The translations under genes and the position numbers were made by a program. Source: Bdellovibrionia bacterium (GTDB taxonomy: Bacteria; Bdellovibrionota; UBA1018). From it: a stretch of 18,965 nt of DNA. The stretch covers positions 1 to 18,965 of the forward strand of contig JBMSSC010000043.1 in assembly GCA_049424145.1 (NCBI GenBank), given 5' to 3'. Positions 8,042 through 15,843 of this stretch are shown one piece after another (positions within the stretch are counted from its first letter, which is position 1; every line of letters begins with the position of its first letter). A model generated the notes under the pieces. It saw nothing but the letters and a program-made list of their open reading frames with translations. It was not told the origin of the DNA and made no database searches.

Positions 8042-9523
8042 ATGAGGGCGCAGAAAAAATCCCCGAAGCTGCTAGTGGCAAATCGGTCTGAGATTGCATG
8101 TCGAATTTTTCAGACGTGTCGAGAGATGGGGATTCCTACAGTTGGCATTTTCGCACCCGGCGATGAGCAATCCCGGCATGTGACTTATGCTGACGAGGTG
8201 GTGGAGGTGGGCGGTTACCTGGACATTCACTCCATTCTTCAGGCCGCAAAACAGACGCAATCCACTTTGATTCATCCGGGGTATGGTTTTTTATCAGAGC
8301 GACCGGCTTTTGCCCAGGCCGTCGAGGAGGCGGGGCTTACGTTTGTGGGGCCTCGTGCTGAGACGATGCGCCTGATGGGGGATAAGATTGCAGCTAAGGA
8401 CTTAGCCCAGGCCCATCAAGTCCCCACTCTGCCTTGGGCTAAGATTCCCTTGGGCAGTGATCTATTTGAAGCCGCTCGGACGGTAGGTTACCCCTTGCTC
8501 CTGAAAGCAGCAGCAGGGGGAGGGGGGAAGGGAATGCGCTTGGTTCGTCAAGAGCAGGACCTTCAGCAAGCGGCTGAAAGTGCACGTGCGGAGGCTCTAG
8601 CGGCGTTTGGAGATGGAACTTTATTTTTTGAGCACTATGTGGAATCTCCGCGGCACATTGAGGTTCAAGTCTTTGGCGATGGCCAAGGCGGAGGGGTTCA
8701 CCTGAGGGAGCGGGAGTGTTCGCTTCAAAGGCGGCACCAAAAGATTTGGGAGGAGGCCCCGGCGGTACACCTCGGGGATGAGACCCGAGAGGCCCTTTAT
8801 GAGGCGGCCATGCGCTTGGTGGCAGCCACTTCTTATCTCAGCGCCGGGACGTTGGAGTTTTTAGTGGACTCCCGTGAGCGGTTTTATTTTCTTGAGATGA
8901 ACACGAGGCTTCAAGTGGAGCATCCGGTGACGGAATTGATTACGGGCGTGGATTTAGTTTGGGCACAGATTGCTCTGGCGCTGAATCCGGATCGGTTTCC
9001 CCTAAAGCAGCCTCCGGTCAGTCGGGGGCACGCCATTGAAGTTCGTCTCTACGCCGAGGATCCGGCTCAAGGCTTTATCCCGACTCCTGGAAGGATTGAA
9101 AAGCTCAAGTGGCCAACGGGTCATGGGATTCGAATTGAAAGTGGAATTGAAGAAGGTCAGAGCATCGGAGTGCAGTTTGACTCCATGTTAGGTAAGCTCA
9201 TTGTACTGGGAGAGAGTCGGGAGCAAGCCTTAGCGCGGCTTCGGTTTGCTCTGGAGGAGACGGTGATTCTCGGCTCTGGAACGAATCAAAATTATCTCAT
9301 GCGAGTGGCGGAGCATCCTCGAGTGGTTCAGGGAAAAGTGCATACCCATTTTTTAGAAAAAGAGTTTGCACCATTTGAGCCCAAGCCTTCGGATGAAGAG
9401 TTGGAGTTGTTTTTGGCCCTCAAGCGGAAGGCCGTAGGACGCTCCATTGGGTTTTCAGGGGGTTCGTCCATCGGTGAGGAGCAGGCCTTGTTTCCTTCTC
9501 CTTGGTTTGTGGCGAGGAAATGA
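8042..9523 (+). CDS. liuD: Biotin carboxylase, N-terminal part of the methylcrotonyl-CoA carboxylase alpha subunit
   Basis: LLVANRSEIA, IHPGYGFLSE, KAAAGGGGKGMR, RECSLQRRHQK, EMNTRLQVEHPVTE; no biotinyl domain. Alternative start at 8021. Confidence 0.92.
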   Translation: MRAQKKSPKLLVANRSEIACRIFQTCREMGIPTVGIFAPGDEQSRHVTYADEVVEVGGYLDIHSILQAAKQTQSTLIHPGYGFLSERPAFAQAVEEAGLTFVGPRAETMRLMGDKIAAKDLAQAHQVPTLPWAKIPLGSDLFEAARTVGYPLLLKAAAGGGGKGMRLVRQEQDLQQAAESARAEALAAFGDGTLFFEHYVESPRHIEVQVFGDGQGGGVHLRERECSLQRRHQKIWEEAPAVHLGDETREALYEAAMRLVAATSYLSAGTLEFLVDSRERFYFLEMNTRLQVEHPVTELITGVDLVWAQIALALNPDRFPLKQPPVSRGHAIEVRLYAEDPAQGFIPTPGRIEKLKWPTGHGIRIESGIEEGQSIGVQFDSMLGKLIVLGESREQALARLRFALEETVILGSGTNQNYLMRVAEHPRVVQGKVHTHFLEKEFAPFEPKPSDEELELFLALKRKAVGRSIGFSGGSSIGEEQALFPSPWFVARK

Positions 9524-9534
9524 GGTGTCCGTCC

Positions 9535-10032
9535 ATGAGTGTCACGTTTAAAATTTCAGGCCAAAAGATTCAAGTCCAAGGCAGTCCCTCACGGCAGTGG
9601 GAGTTTACAATCCGTCCGGGAGGATGGGTGATTGCGGAAGCTTCCTGTGTGAATGACAAAGGGGAAACCGTTCGACTCAGGCGTCGGTTGATGGTGCATG
9701 AGGTGAGCAATCGGCTGAGTCTTCAATTGGGGCAAAGTGCCTGGTGGGCAGAGTGTCTCCAGGAGTCAGTTGGGCTGTCTCAGGAGATGGCAAGGGATCT
9801 ACAGTCCGAGTTGACGGCTCAGTTTCCAGGAAAGATCAGGAAAATCCGCGTGGAGGTCAATCAGCCCGTGGAGTCAGGCGAAGTCCTTCTTTTGGTCGAG
9901 GCCATGAAGATGGAGTTTTCAATTCGGGCTCCCTCTGCAGGCAGGGTTCGCAAGTACCTTGTCGTCGAAGGTGAGTCAGTGGTTCCTGGCACTCAGTTTT
10001 TAGAGTGGGAGGAGAGCTCAAGTGAGCCGTGA
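9535..10032 (+). CDS. Biotin carboxyl carrier protein, C-terminal part of the MCC alpha subunit
   Basis: EAMKME biotinylation motif; SD GAGGT at 9522-9526 before ATG 9535. An alternative ATG at 9520 overlaps the upstream TGA. Confidence 0.88.
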   Translation: MSVTFKISGQKIQVQGSPSRQWEFTIRPGGWVIAEASCVNDKGETVRLRRRLMVHEVSNRLSLQLGQSAWWAECLQESVGLSQEMARDLQSELTAQFPGKIRKIRVEVNQPVESGEVLLLVEAMKMEFSIRAPSAGRVRKYLVVEGESVVPGTQFLEWEESSSEP

Positions 10033-10942
10033 TCGGGTACGAATTTTTGAAGTGGGGCCTCGGGATGGACTTCAAAACGAGCCCCGGCGGCTTGGACTCG
10101 AAAAAAAAGTCCGCTTCATTCACCAGTTGATGGATGCCGGGTTACGCGACATTGAACTCGGGGCCTTTGTCAAGTCCGAGCGAGTGCCTCAAATGGCGGA
10201 TACGGATCAGCTGGTCGCTCAAGTTCGTAGTCGGTTTTTAAAGACGCGCATGGCTCGGGCATGGTGTTTAGTTCCCAATCGACGAGCCTTGCATCGAGCC
10301 TTGGAAGTGGGGGTCTCTCAAATTGCTCTTTTTACAGCGGCAACGGAAAGCTTCACTCAAAACAACATTGGCATGTCGATTCGTGAGTCCTTAGGTGAGT
10401 TTAGAGCGGTGATTGAAGAGGGACGAAGGGTTTTGGGTAAGTCGTTTCAAGTTCGAGGCTATGTTTCAACGGTATTTGGGTGCCCTTTTGAAGGATCCGT
10501 TCAGCCTGCGCAAGCCTTGCGCGTGATCGAAAAGATGAGAGCTCTTGGGGTGGATCAGCTTTCCGTGGGGGACACAATTGGAGTGGCTACTCCCAGGCAA
10601 GTGGACCGAGTGATCCCATCGGCATTGGCAAGTTGGGGAGTGGATCGCATGGCGGTTCATTTTCATGACACTCGAGGAACGGCTTTAGCCAATGTGCTTC
10701 GAGCCCTTGAGCATGGGGTTAGGATTGTGGATAGTTCTGCAGGGGGCCTAGGGGGTTGTCCTTTTGCTCCGGGAGCGGCAGGAAATTTAGCGACTGAGGA
10801 CTTAGTTTACATGCTCGAGGGGATGGGTCTTGTCACTGGAGTTGATCTGAATCGGCTATGCGAGGCGAGTCTTGAGATGGCTCGAGCGCTCAGGCGACCT
10901 TTGACGAGTCGGTACTTGCAGTCGTATTACACTAAAAAATAG
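10022..10942 (+). CDS. liuE: Hydroxymethylglutaryl-CoA lyase
   Basis: EVGPRDGLQNE, HFHDT, GLGGCPFAPGAAGNLATED; GTG start with GGAGGAG SD; overlaps the BCCP gene by 11 nt. Confidence 0.95.
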   Translation: MSRDRVRIFEVGPRDGLQNEPRRLGLEKKVRFIHQLMDAGLRDIELGAFVKSERVPQMADTDQLVAQVRSRFLKTRMARAWCLVPNRRALHRALEVGVSQIALFTAATESFTQNNIGMSIRESLGEFRAVIEEGRRVLGKSFQVRGYVSTVFGCPFEGSVQPAQALRVIEKMRALGVDQLSVGDTIGVATPRQVDRVIPSALASWGVDRMAVHFHDTRGTALANVLRALEHGVRIVDSSAGGLGGCPFAPGAAGNLATEDLVYMLEGMGLVTGVDLNRLCEASLEMARALRRPLTSRYLQSYYTKK

Positions 10943-11027
10943 AAAATGAATTCACTCTAAAAACACGGGTAAGCGCCTTTCTGCTGAGCATCGAGTGCAC
11001 TTGAGCAGGTTAGTTTTTATTTTTTTG

Positions 11028-11043
11028 TGGAATAGAATTAGCA
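11028..11043 (+). promoter_or_regulatory. Candidate sigma54 (-24/-12) promoter for the DksA/TraR gene
   Basis: TGGAAT-AGAAT-TAGCA (GG 11029-30, GC 11041-42). Predicted +1 about 11054, just before the SD at 11061. Weaker match, and the internal TAGAAT could instead be a sigma70 -10. Confidence 0.4.
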
Positions 11044-11075
11044 GAGTTCAGACCTCTTTAAAGGAGGGATTCTCT

Positions 11076-11474
11076 ATGGATGGAAAAACGGCTCAGGAAG
11101 TGAAAGAAGCCCTGCTTGCTCGCTGGAAGCGAATTGCACGTAAATTTCCCGATCGCCTTCAGGAGTCGGCTTCAGAGGACTACAGTGGATCTCAAGCGGC
11201 TGAGATTATCGATATGGCTCAAGCTTTAGAGCAGATTGGTCGAGACGCCTCATTGCAAGAGGCCGAACGGCGGGAGTTGTTAGCCATTGAGCGGGCTTTG
11301 GCCAAGATGGCCACGGGGAGTTATGGGGTGTGTGAGGACTGTTTGGATGAAATTCCACTTAAGCGCCTTTTGGCTTTACCGGAGGCCAGGCTTTGTGCTC
11401 AGTGCCAGGCCTTTGAAGAAAAGCAAAACACCCGGAGCCGTTGGTCTGGAAATTGGATTCGAGGATCAGCATGA
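11076..11474 (+). CDS. TraR/DksA family C4 zinc-finger transcription factor
   Basis: SD AAGGAGG at 11061-11067; coiled coil with EIIDMA tip; ALAKMATGSYGVCEDC-x17-CAQC zinc finger. Confidence 0.92.
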   Translation: MDGKTAQEVKEALLARWKRIARKFPDRLQESASEDYSGSQAAEIIDMAQALEQIGRDASLQEAERRELLAIERALAKMATGSYGVCEDCLDEIPLKRLLALPEARLCAQCQAFEEKQNTRSRWSGNWIRGSA

Positions 11475-11547
11475 ATGAAGCTGCTGAGGCGCAATCGAAA
11501 TCCCGTGTAGCGAGCGAAGAGGGGATGAGGCAGGGATGATCTAGCTT

Positions 11548-11563
11548 AGGCCTAGAATTTGCT
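11548..11563 (+). promoter_or_regulatory. Candidate sigma54 promoter for the 62-aa ORF
   Basis: AGGCCT-AGAAT-TTGCT (GG 11549-50, GC 11561-62). Predicted +1 about 11574, directly before AGGAG 11575-79. Confidence 0.55.
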
Positions 11564-11591
11564 TAAGTCTTCTTAGGAGTGAATCAGTGCC

Positions 11592-11780
11592 ATGGCTTTT
11601 GCTAATTCCTGGAGACGGGTAGGTCATTTTCTTTTTCTTGTACTGACTGCTTTAGGTTGGATTGTTCCTTGGACTGTTCCTCATGCCTTTGAAAAAGAAT
11701 CGATGGAGTTCAAGAATTCGTTGCGGCAGCCGGTTATCGCTTTCCAGTGGGTAACGCAGGACCAACCTTTTTCGGATTAG
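11592..11780 (+). CDS. Putative small single-pass membrane protein (62 aa), unknown function
   Basis: AGGAG upstream (spacer 12 nt, rather long); basic WRR followed by hydrophobic FLFLVLTALGWIVPW; promoter motif upstream. Confidence 0.45.
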   Translation: MAFANSWRRVGHFLFLVLTALGWIVPWTVPHAFEKESMEFKNSLRQPVIAFQWVTQDQPFSD

Positions 11781-12012
11781 TTCTCTTTTCTAAGGTGAAG
11801 GATGAGAGCTCGCCTGATTCCCTAAACTGTTGGAGATGAAGCGAGTTGAGGGATTGCAAGATGCATCGTTCAAATAGCAAGTGTGGATCGAGATTGCACT
11901 CGCTTCGCTGCACGTTCTGGGTTCTTGAGGTCGTTTCGATTCGTCTGGGAAAAGCCTCCAGTAGGCTTGGGTTGGCTGCTTTTTTGGGGAGTCCAATTCA
12001 GGATTCAGATTT

Positions 12013-12028
12013 TGGCATCTGAATTGCT
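12013..12028 (+). promoter_or_regulatory. Sigma54 (-24/-12) promoter, near consensus
   Basis: TGGCAT-CTGAA-TTGCT versus consensus TGGCAC-N5-TTGCW; GG 12014-15, GC 12026-27; predicted +1 about 12039. Confidence 0.7.
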
Positions 12029-12038
12029 TTGAGGCGGG

Positions 12039-12318
12039 AGACTCATTTGAGTTTCGGGTTGAGAAGGTTGAGTCCGAACTTTTGTTCAGGAATCAGGCAC
12101 GCGATGAGGAACCAAGATGAAGGATGAAAGTTGAGGTACGAGGTGAGGCAATCAGGCTCGTATTTGGTTCTAACGGTCATCAATAGTCTAGGTAATGGGG
12201 ATATGAAATTTCTGCGCCCATCAAAGAGAAGGCGTTCGTCAGATCCATCAAGCGGAGGAACTCGTTTGATCTGAATGGAGAGAGTGATTGGGTGAGCGAA
12301 CCGAAAGGTTCTTTTTTT
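12039..12318 (+). ncRNA. Putative sigma54-dependent small RNA (~280 nt); no family recognised
   Basis: Bounded by the sigma54 motif and a terminator. Hairpins at 12038-12055, 12076-12087, 12214-12235 and 12239-12274. The ATG-initiated + strand ORFs I found are at most 23 codons. Confidence 0.4.
12298..12318 (+). terminator. Intrinsic terminator
   Basis: GAACC-GAAA-GGTTC followed by T7; the stem is short (5 bp) with a GNRA loop. Confidence 0.55.
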
Positions 12319-12443
12319 GAATGATTTGAAGAGAATGAGTTGAAGTGACTGCGATTTGACTGAGAAGTAGTAAAAGAGAAGTAAATGATATGAAGAGAAG
12401 AGTTAAAAAAATAGACGATAAAAAATAAAATTTCCGAATCAAG

Positions 12444-12470
12444 AAAAAACAGAAGAGTTCATCTTCTGTT
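12444..12470 (-). terminator. Hairpin that may terminate minus-strand transcription
   Basis: AACAGAAGA (12448-56) / TCTTCTGTT (12462-70), perfect 9-bp stem with 5-nt loop; the adjacent + strand A-run gives a U-tail on the minus strand. Confidence 0.4.
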
Positions 12471-13049
12471 CTGAATTAAAGAGGTCATCAGGTTGAGAGT
12501 CAAAAGAGCTCTTGGTCTGATTTTTTTATTTTCTCAACCCCTGACTCTAAAGTTTAATTTTTAAAGATAAAAAAATCTAAAATCTCTGAATCTCTTCAGA
12601 TGGTTCGAGATTTTTGTGTTATCCCTAGTTTTGTTTTGAACATGCTGACATCTTGGGCTAGGCAAAAAAAAGAGTTTTTACGCTTTGATTCTTTTTCTAA
12701 AAAAATCGAATTCAAAAGCTTAGAGATTTTTTCTTCTCCGGTGGTTGAACAAACTTTCTGGATTTTGAGTTTTCCTTTCGTGCGTTTAAAAAATACTGAT
12801 TTTAGATTCAATCAGAAAGTTGGCTTTTTTGATTTACAACTTCACGAGTTGAATTTATTAGTCTGTTTTTTGGACTTAAGGTTGGGTTTTCGATGGTTCA
12901 CACGGAGGAGTCCTTGTTCTCAGCTTGGGTTAAAAGAGTGGGTTTCTAGTTTTTTATTTTCTGGGTTCAGAGGAGTCATTTTGGTCTTCTTTCAAAAGCA
13001 TTTCAATTCCAGTTGGTTCAAAAGGTTAAAAAAACAAGGCCTCCAGTTC

Positions 13050-14264
13050 ATGCAAGTGCTACGGCAGAAGGATCCAGGAAAGTCGAAACAGCCTGGGGTT
13101 CAAGGACTATTAAGAGATAAGCAAATTGCGGACCTGGTCTCCGATCTCCTATTGGATGGAATTGTCTTGCTGCGTTCGGATCGGATCGTTTATTTCAATC
13201 GCCGCGGAGCTCAGATTCTAGGACTCCCGCCCAGAGCTTTGCCTCAGGACCTGAGCCTCGCTTTGGTCGGGGAGCAATATTCTCAAGAAGCAGAGCAGGT
13301 GATTCGATCGGCTCTGTCCCATGGGACACCGATGAAGTTTGAGCTCAAAACCGAGCAAGGGAGTTTTTACTTTCTCGTTCACGCCTTTACCTTCAGAGAG
13401 GATCGCTACCCTCACCTCGTTTTGGATCGTCCTGAACTCGGTTCGTTCATGTCCGATGGGGATTCCGTCGCAGACGCTTTAGTTTTGGCTCAAGATATTA
13501 CTTTAGTTGAGGAGTCAAAAGCAGCTAAAGAGAAGTTTCTTGGGGATTTGTCTCATGAGATTAAGACCCCATTGACCAGTCTGACGCTAGCGACGCGATT
13601 ATTGAGAAGGAGCTTGGAATCTCAAAATCCTTCGGATCAGCTGCAGCTCATCGCGACCTGCATTGAAAGTGTGGATCGACTGAGAGTCCTAATTGATGAG
13701 CTTTTGACCACCTCGCGGTTTGATGGGTTGACCTATCACCCGTTGCTTCAGTGGGTCGACGCATTGAAGTTGGTGCAAAATGGGGTGCACTCATTTTTGA
13801 AAGAATTCCGTGCAAAAGGAGTTCTCTTGAGTTTTCAAGGGAGCTTTGAGGCCGGAGCAGTGCGCCCCCTTCAGGCTCAAGTGGATCCCTCTCAGCTGAC
13901 CTGGGTACTCTCCATTTTTTTGTCTCAGGCTTTAAGGGGATCAGAAAAAGGAGATTCGGTAAAAGTGGAGTGCAGGGGCTCCCCCCAATCGTTTTCGGTT
14001 CAGATTTCTACTCCTCCTTCGGTCATTGAATCCCTGAGTCAAGAGTTAGCTTTGGATTCAACGGGGTCCGCTGATCCTCTGAGGTGCCATTCGTTCGATT
14101 CTCGGGGCGTCGGGCTTTCGATTGCAAAGAAGATCATCGTGGCTCACGGGGGCTGTATTTCACTCACCCAACCAACTCAGCAGGGAGGGCTGATTTATTT
14201 TATCATTCCGATTCAAAGTGGAGGAGAGAGGATCAGGACTTCCAGTTTTGATGGGGCATCTTAG
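13050..14264 (+). CDS. Cytoplasmic PAS-HisKA-HATPase sensor protein (KinB-like) with degenerate ATP-binding boxes
   Basis: PAS-like LLLDGIVLLRSDRIVYFNRRGAQILG...QDIT; H-box LSHEIKTPLTS; G2-like GVGLSIAKKIIVAHGG. Start set at ATG 13050 because the 150 upstream codons lie in T-rich, intergenic-looking DNA. Confidence 0.82.
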   Translation: MQVLRQKDPGKSKQPGVQGLLRDKQIADLVSDLLLDGIVLLRSDRIVYFNRRGAQILGLPPRALPQDLSLALVGEQYSQEAEQVIRSALSHGTPMKFELKTEQGSFYFLVHAFTFREDRYPHLVLDRPELGSFMSDGDSVADALVLAQDITLVEESKAAKEKFLGDLSHEIKTPLTSLTLATRLLRRSLESQNPSDQLQLIATCIESVDRLRVLIDELLTTSRFDGLTYHPLLQWVDALKLVQNGVHSFLKEFRAKGVLLSFQGSFEAGAVRPLQAQVDPSQLTWVLSIFLSQALRGSEKGDSVKVECRGSPQSFSVQISTPPSVIESLSQELALDSTGSADPLRCHSFDSRGVGLSIAKKIIVAHGGCISLTQPTQQGGLIYFIIPIQSGGERIRTSSFDGAS

Positions 14265-14331
14265 GGTTTATTCAACGCATTCATGGAGTTAACACAGCAC
14301 AATGGTATTGAGATTGAGAAAGGGGTTCTGA

Positions 14332-15702
14332 TTGGCACGCATTTTAGTGGTCGATGATGAGAAAAGTATTTGCAGCATGATTGAGGCAACGTTAAAGAGT
14401 GCAGGCCATGGGGTGGAAACCTCAGATAGTGGGGAGTTGGCTCTGGCAATGATGCGTAAGACGCTCCCGGATCTTCTGATTACGGATTTAAGAATGGATG
14501 GGATGAGTGGCCTGGAGCTTTTAGGAAAGGTTCGAGAGTACTTTCCCACGGTTACGGTGGTGCTGATGACCGCCTATGGCACGATCGATACGGCCGTGGC
14601 TGCTATGCGCAATGGTGCCTATGATTATTTACTGAAACCCTTTACCCCGGAGCAACTTGAGCACTGGGTGGAGAAGATTGAGGAGTTTCGCAGGCTTCGG
14701 GATGAGAACACCCGGCTTAAGGATCAGGTCGATGCCCTCTCGGAGCCCTCCACGATTGTGACGGCCAATCCGAAGATGCAAAAACTTCTGGATACTTCCA
14801 AGAAAGTGGCGGTCACGGATTCTACAATTCTCATTACGGGTGAAAGTGGGACCGGAAAAACACTGCTGGCCAAACTCATTCACGATGGGAGTGCACGAAG
14901 CAAAGGTCCTTTTGCCGTGGTCAACTGCGCAACGCTTTCGGAAAATTTATTAGAAAGTGAGTTGTTTGGCCATGTTCGAGGAGCCTTCACAGGCGCAGTC
15001 AAAGACAAAATGGGGCGACTCCAAGTGGCCGATGGGGGAACGGTGTTCTTGGATGAAATTGGAGAGATTTCCCCAAGTCTTCAGACGAAGCTCTTGCGGT
15101 TCCTCCAGGAGCGCGAGTTTGAACGAGTGGGCGACACGAAAACGATTCGAGTGGATGTAAGAATCATTGCTGCCACCAACAAGGACTTGGATCGCGAAGT
15201 CAAAGCCGCCCGTTTCCGGGAGGATCTGTATTTTCGGCTCAATGTTATTGAGCTTCATATGCCAACTCTGAGACAGAGGCCTGAGGATTTGCTCACCCTG
15301 GCTGAGCAGCTGTTGATGCGATCGTTTCTCTCTACGGGTAGAAAGCCCAGACCTCTGGATGAAGGAGCGAAGAAGGCGATTTTAAGCTATGGATGGCCTG
15401 GCAATATTCGGGAGCTGAAGAATGCTCTGGAAAGAGCAGCCATTCTTTGCGCCGGAGATCAGGTGACCGTTGAGGATCTCCCGGATCGCATTTTGGAGTC
15501 CATTCATCTTTCCCAGTTGGGCACGCAGGCTCTTCCACCTTTAGCCGCCTTAACCCCCTCCGATGTGAGTTTAGAGGACCTTGAAAAACAGCACATTAGG
15601 CAGGTTCTGGCCACAGCCTCCACATTGGAGGAAGCAGCCAGTATTTTAGGGATTAATTTGAGTACGCTTTGGAGAAAGCGAAGGCGTTACGGATTGGACT
15701 AA
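14332..15702 (+). CDS. Sigma54-dependent response regulator (REC-AAA+-Fis HTH; NtrC/AtoC family, AlgB-like C-terminus)
   Basis: ILVVDDE, LITDLRM phospho-site, GESGTGKT, ESELFGH, GAFTGA, FLDEIGE, RFREDLYFRLNV, WPGNIRELKN, AASILGINLSTLWRK. TTG start with AAGGGG SD. Confidence 0.96.
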   Translation: MARILVVDDEKSICSMIEATLKSAGHGVETSDSGELALAMMRKTLPDLLITDLRMDGMSGLELLGKVREYFPTVTVVLMTAYGTIDTAVAAMRNGAYDYLLKPFTPEQLEHWVEKIEEFRRLRDENTRLKDQVDALSEPSTIVTANPKMQKLLDTSKKVAVTDSTILITGESGTGKTLLAKLIHDGSARSKGPFAVVNCATLSENLLESELFGHVRGAFTGAVKDKMGRLQVADGGTVFLDEIGEISPSLQTKLLRFLQEREFERVGDTKTIRVDVRIIAATNKDLDREVKAARFREDLYFRLNVIELHMPTLRQRPEDLLTLAEQLLMRSFLSTGRKPRPLDEGAKKAILSYGWPGNIRELKNALERAAILCAGDQVTVEDLPDRILESIHLSQLGTQALPPLAALTPSDVSLEDLEKQHIRQVLATASTLEEAASILGINLSTLWRKRRRYGLD

Positions 15703-15776
15703 GACTGTGGACGGATGAAGGAGTGGGGAGCCATGGACACACCCTGTGGACTTTCTTCAGCTGTTGTTTCAGGCTT

Positions 15777-15834
15777 GATGCCGAGTCTGACACGATCCCA
15801 AGCCTCCGCTTCGGGTTTTGTCAGACTCGGCATC
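15777..15834. terminator. Long inverted repeat between convergent genes (probable bidirectional terminator or 3' stability hairpin)
   Basis: GATGCCGAGTCTGACA / TGTCAGACTCGGCATC perfect 16-bp arms; inner AAGC-CTCC-GCTT; no U-tail. Confidence 0.6.
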
Positions 15835-15843
15835 GTGATGTCC

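Noticed and set aside
12248..12442. 64-aa hydrophobic minus-strand ORF overlapping the candidate sRNA 3' end, resembling a type I toxin-antitoxin pair
   Set aside because: TTG start with no SD, directly after a terminator-like hairpin; the hydrophobicity follows from the A-rich opposite strand.
12600..13049. 150-codon N-terminal extension of the kinase ORF, possibly a membrane sensor region
   Set aside because: The F/L/S/K-rich translation mirrors T-rich DNA, has no clean TM helix and no SD at 12600. Protein-like sequence starts near ATG 13050. Not fully excluded, since the frame is open.
12320..13049. Possible replication origin in the AT-rich region
   Set aside because: No cluster of DnaA boxes (TTATCCACA) and no dnaA/gidA/par context.
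14303..14348. Sigma54-like TGGTAT-N5-TTGA and TGGCACGC at the regulator start
   Set aside because: Neither has the -12 GC. The second is the coding start itself (TTG GCA CGC), and the first would leave almost no leader.
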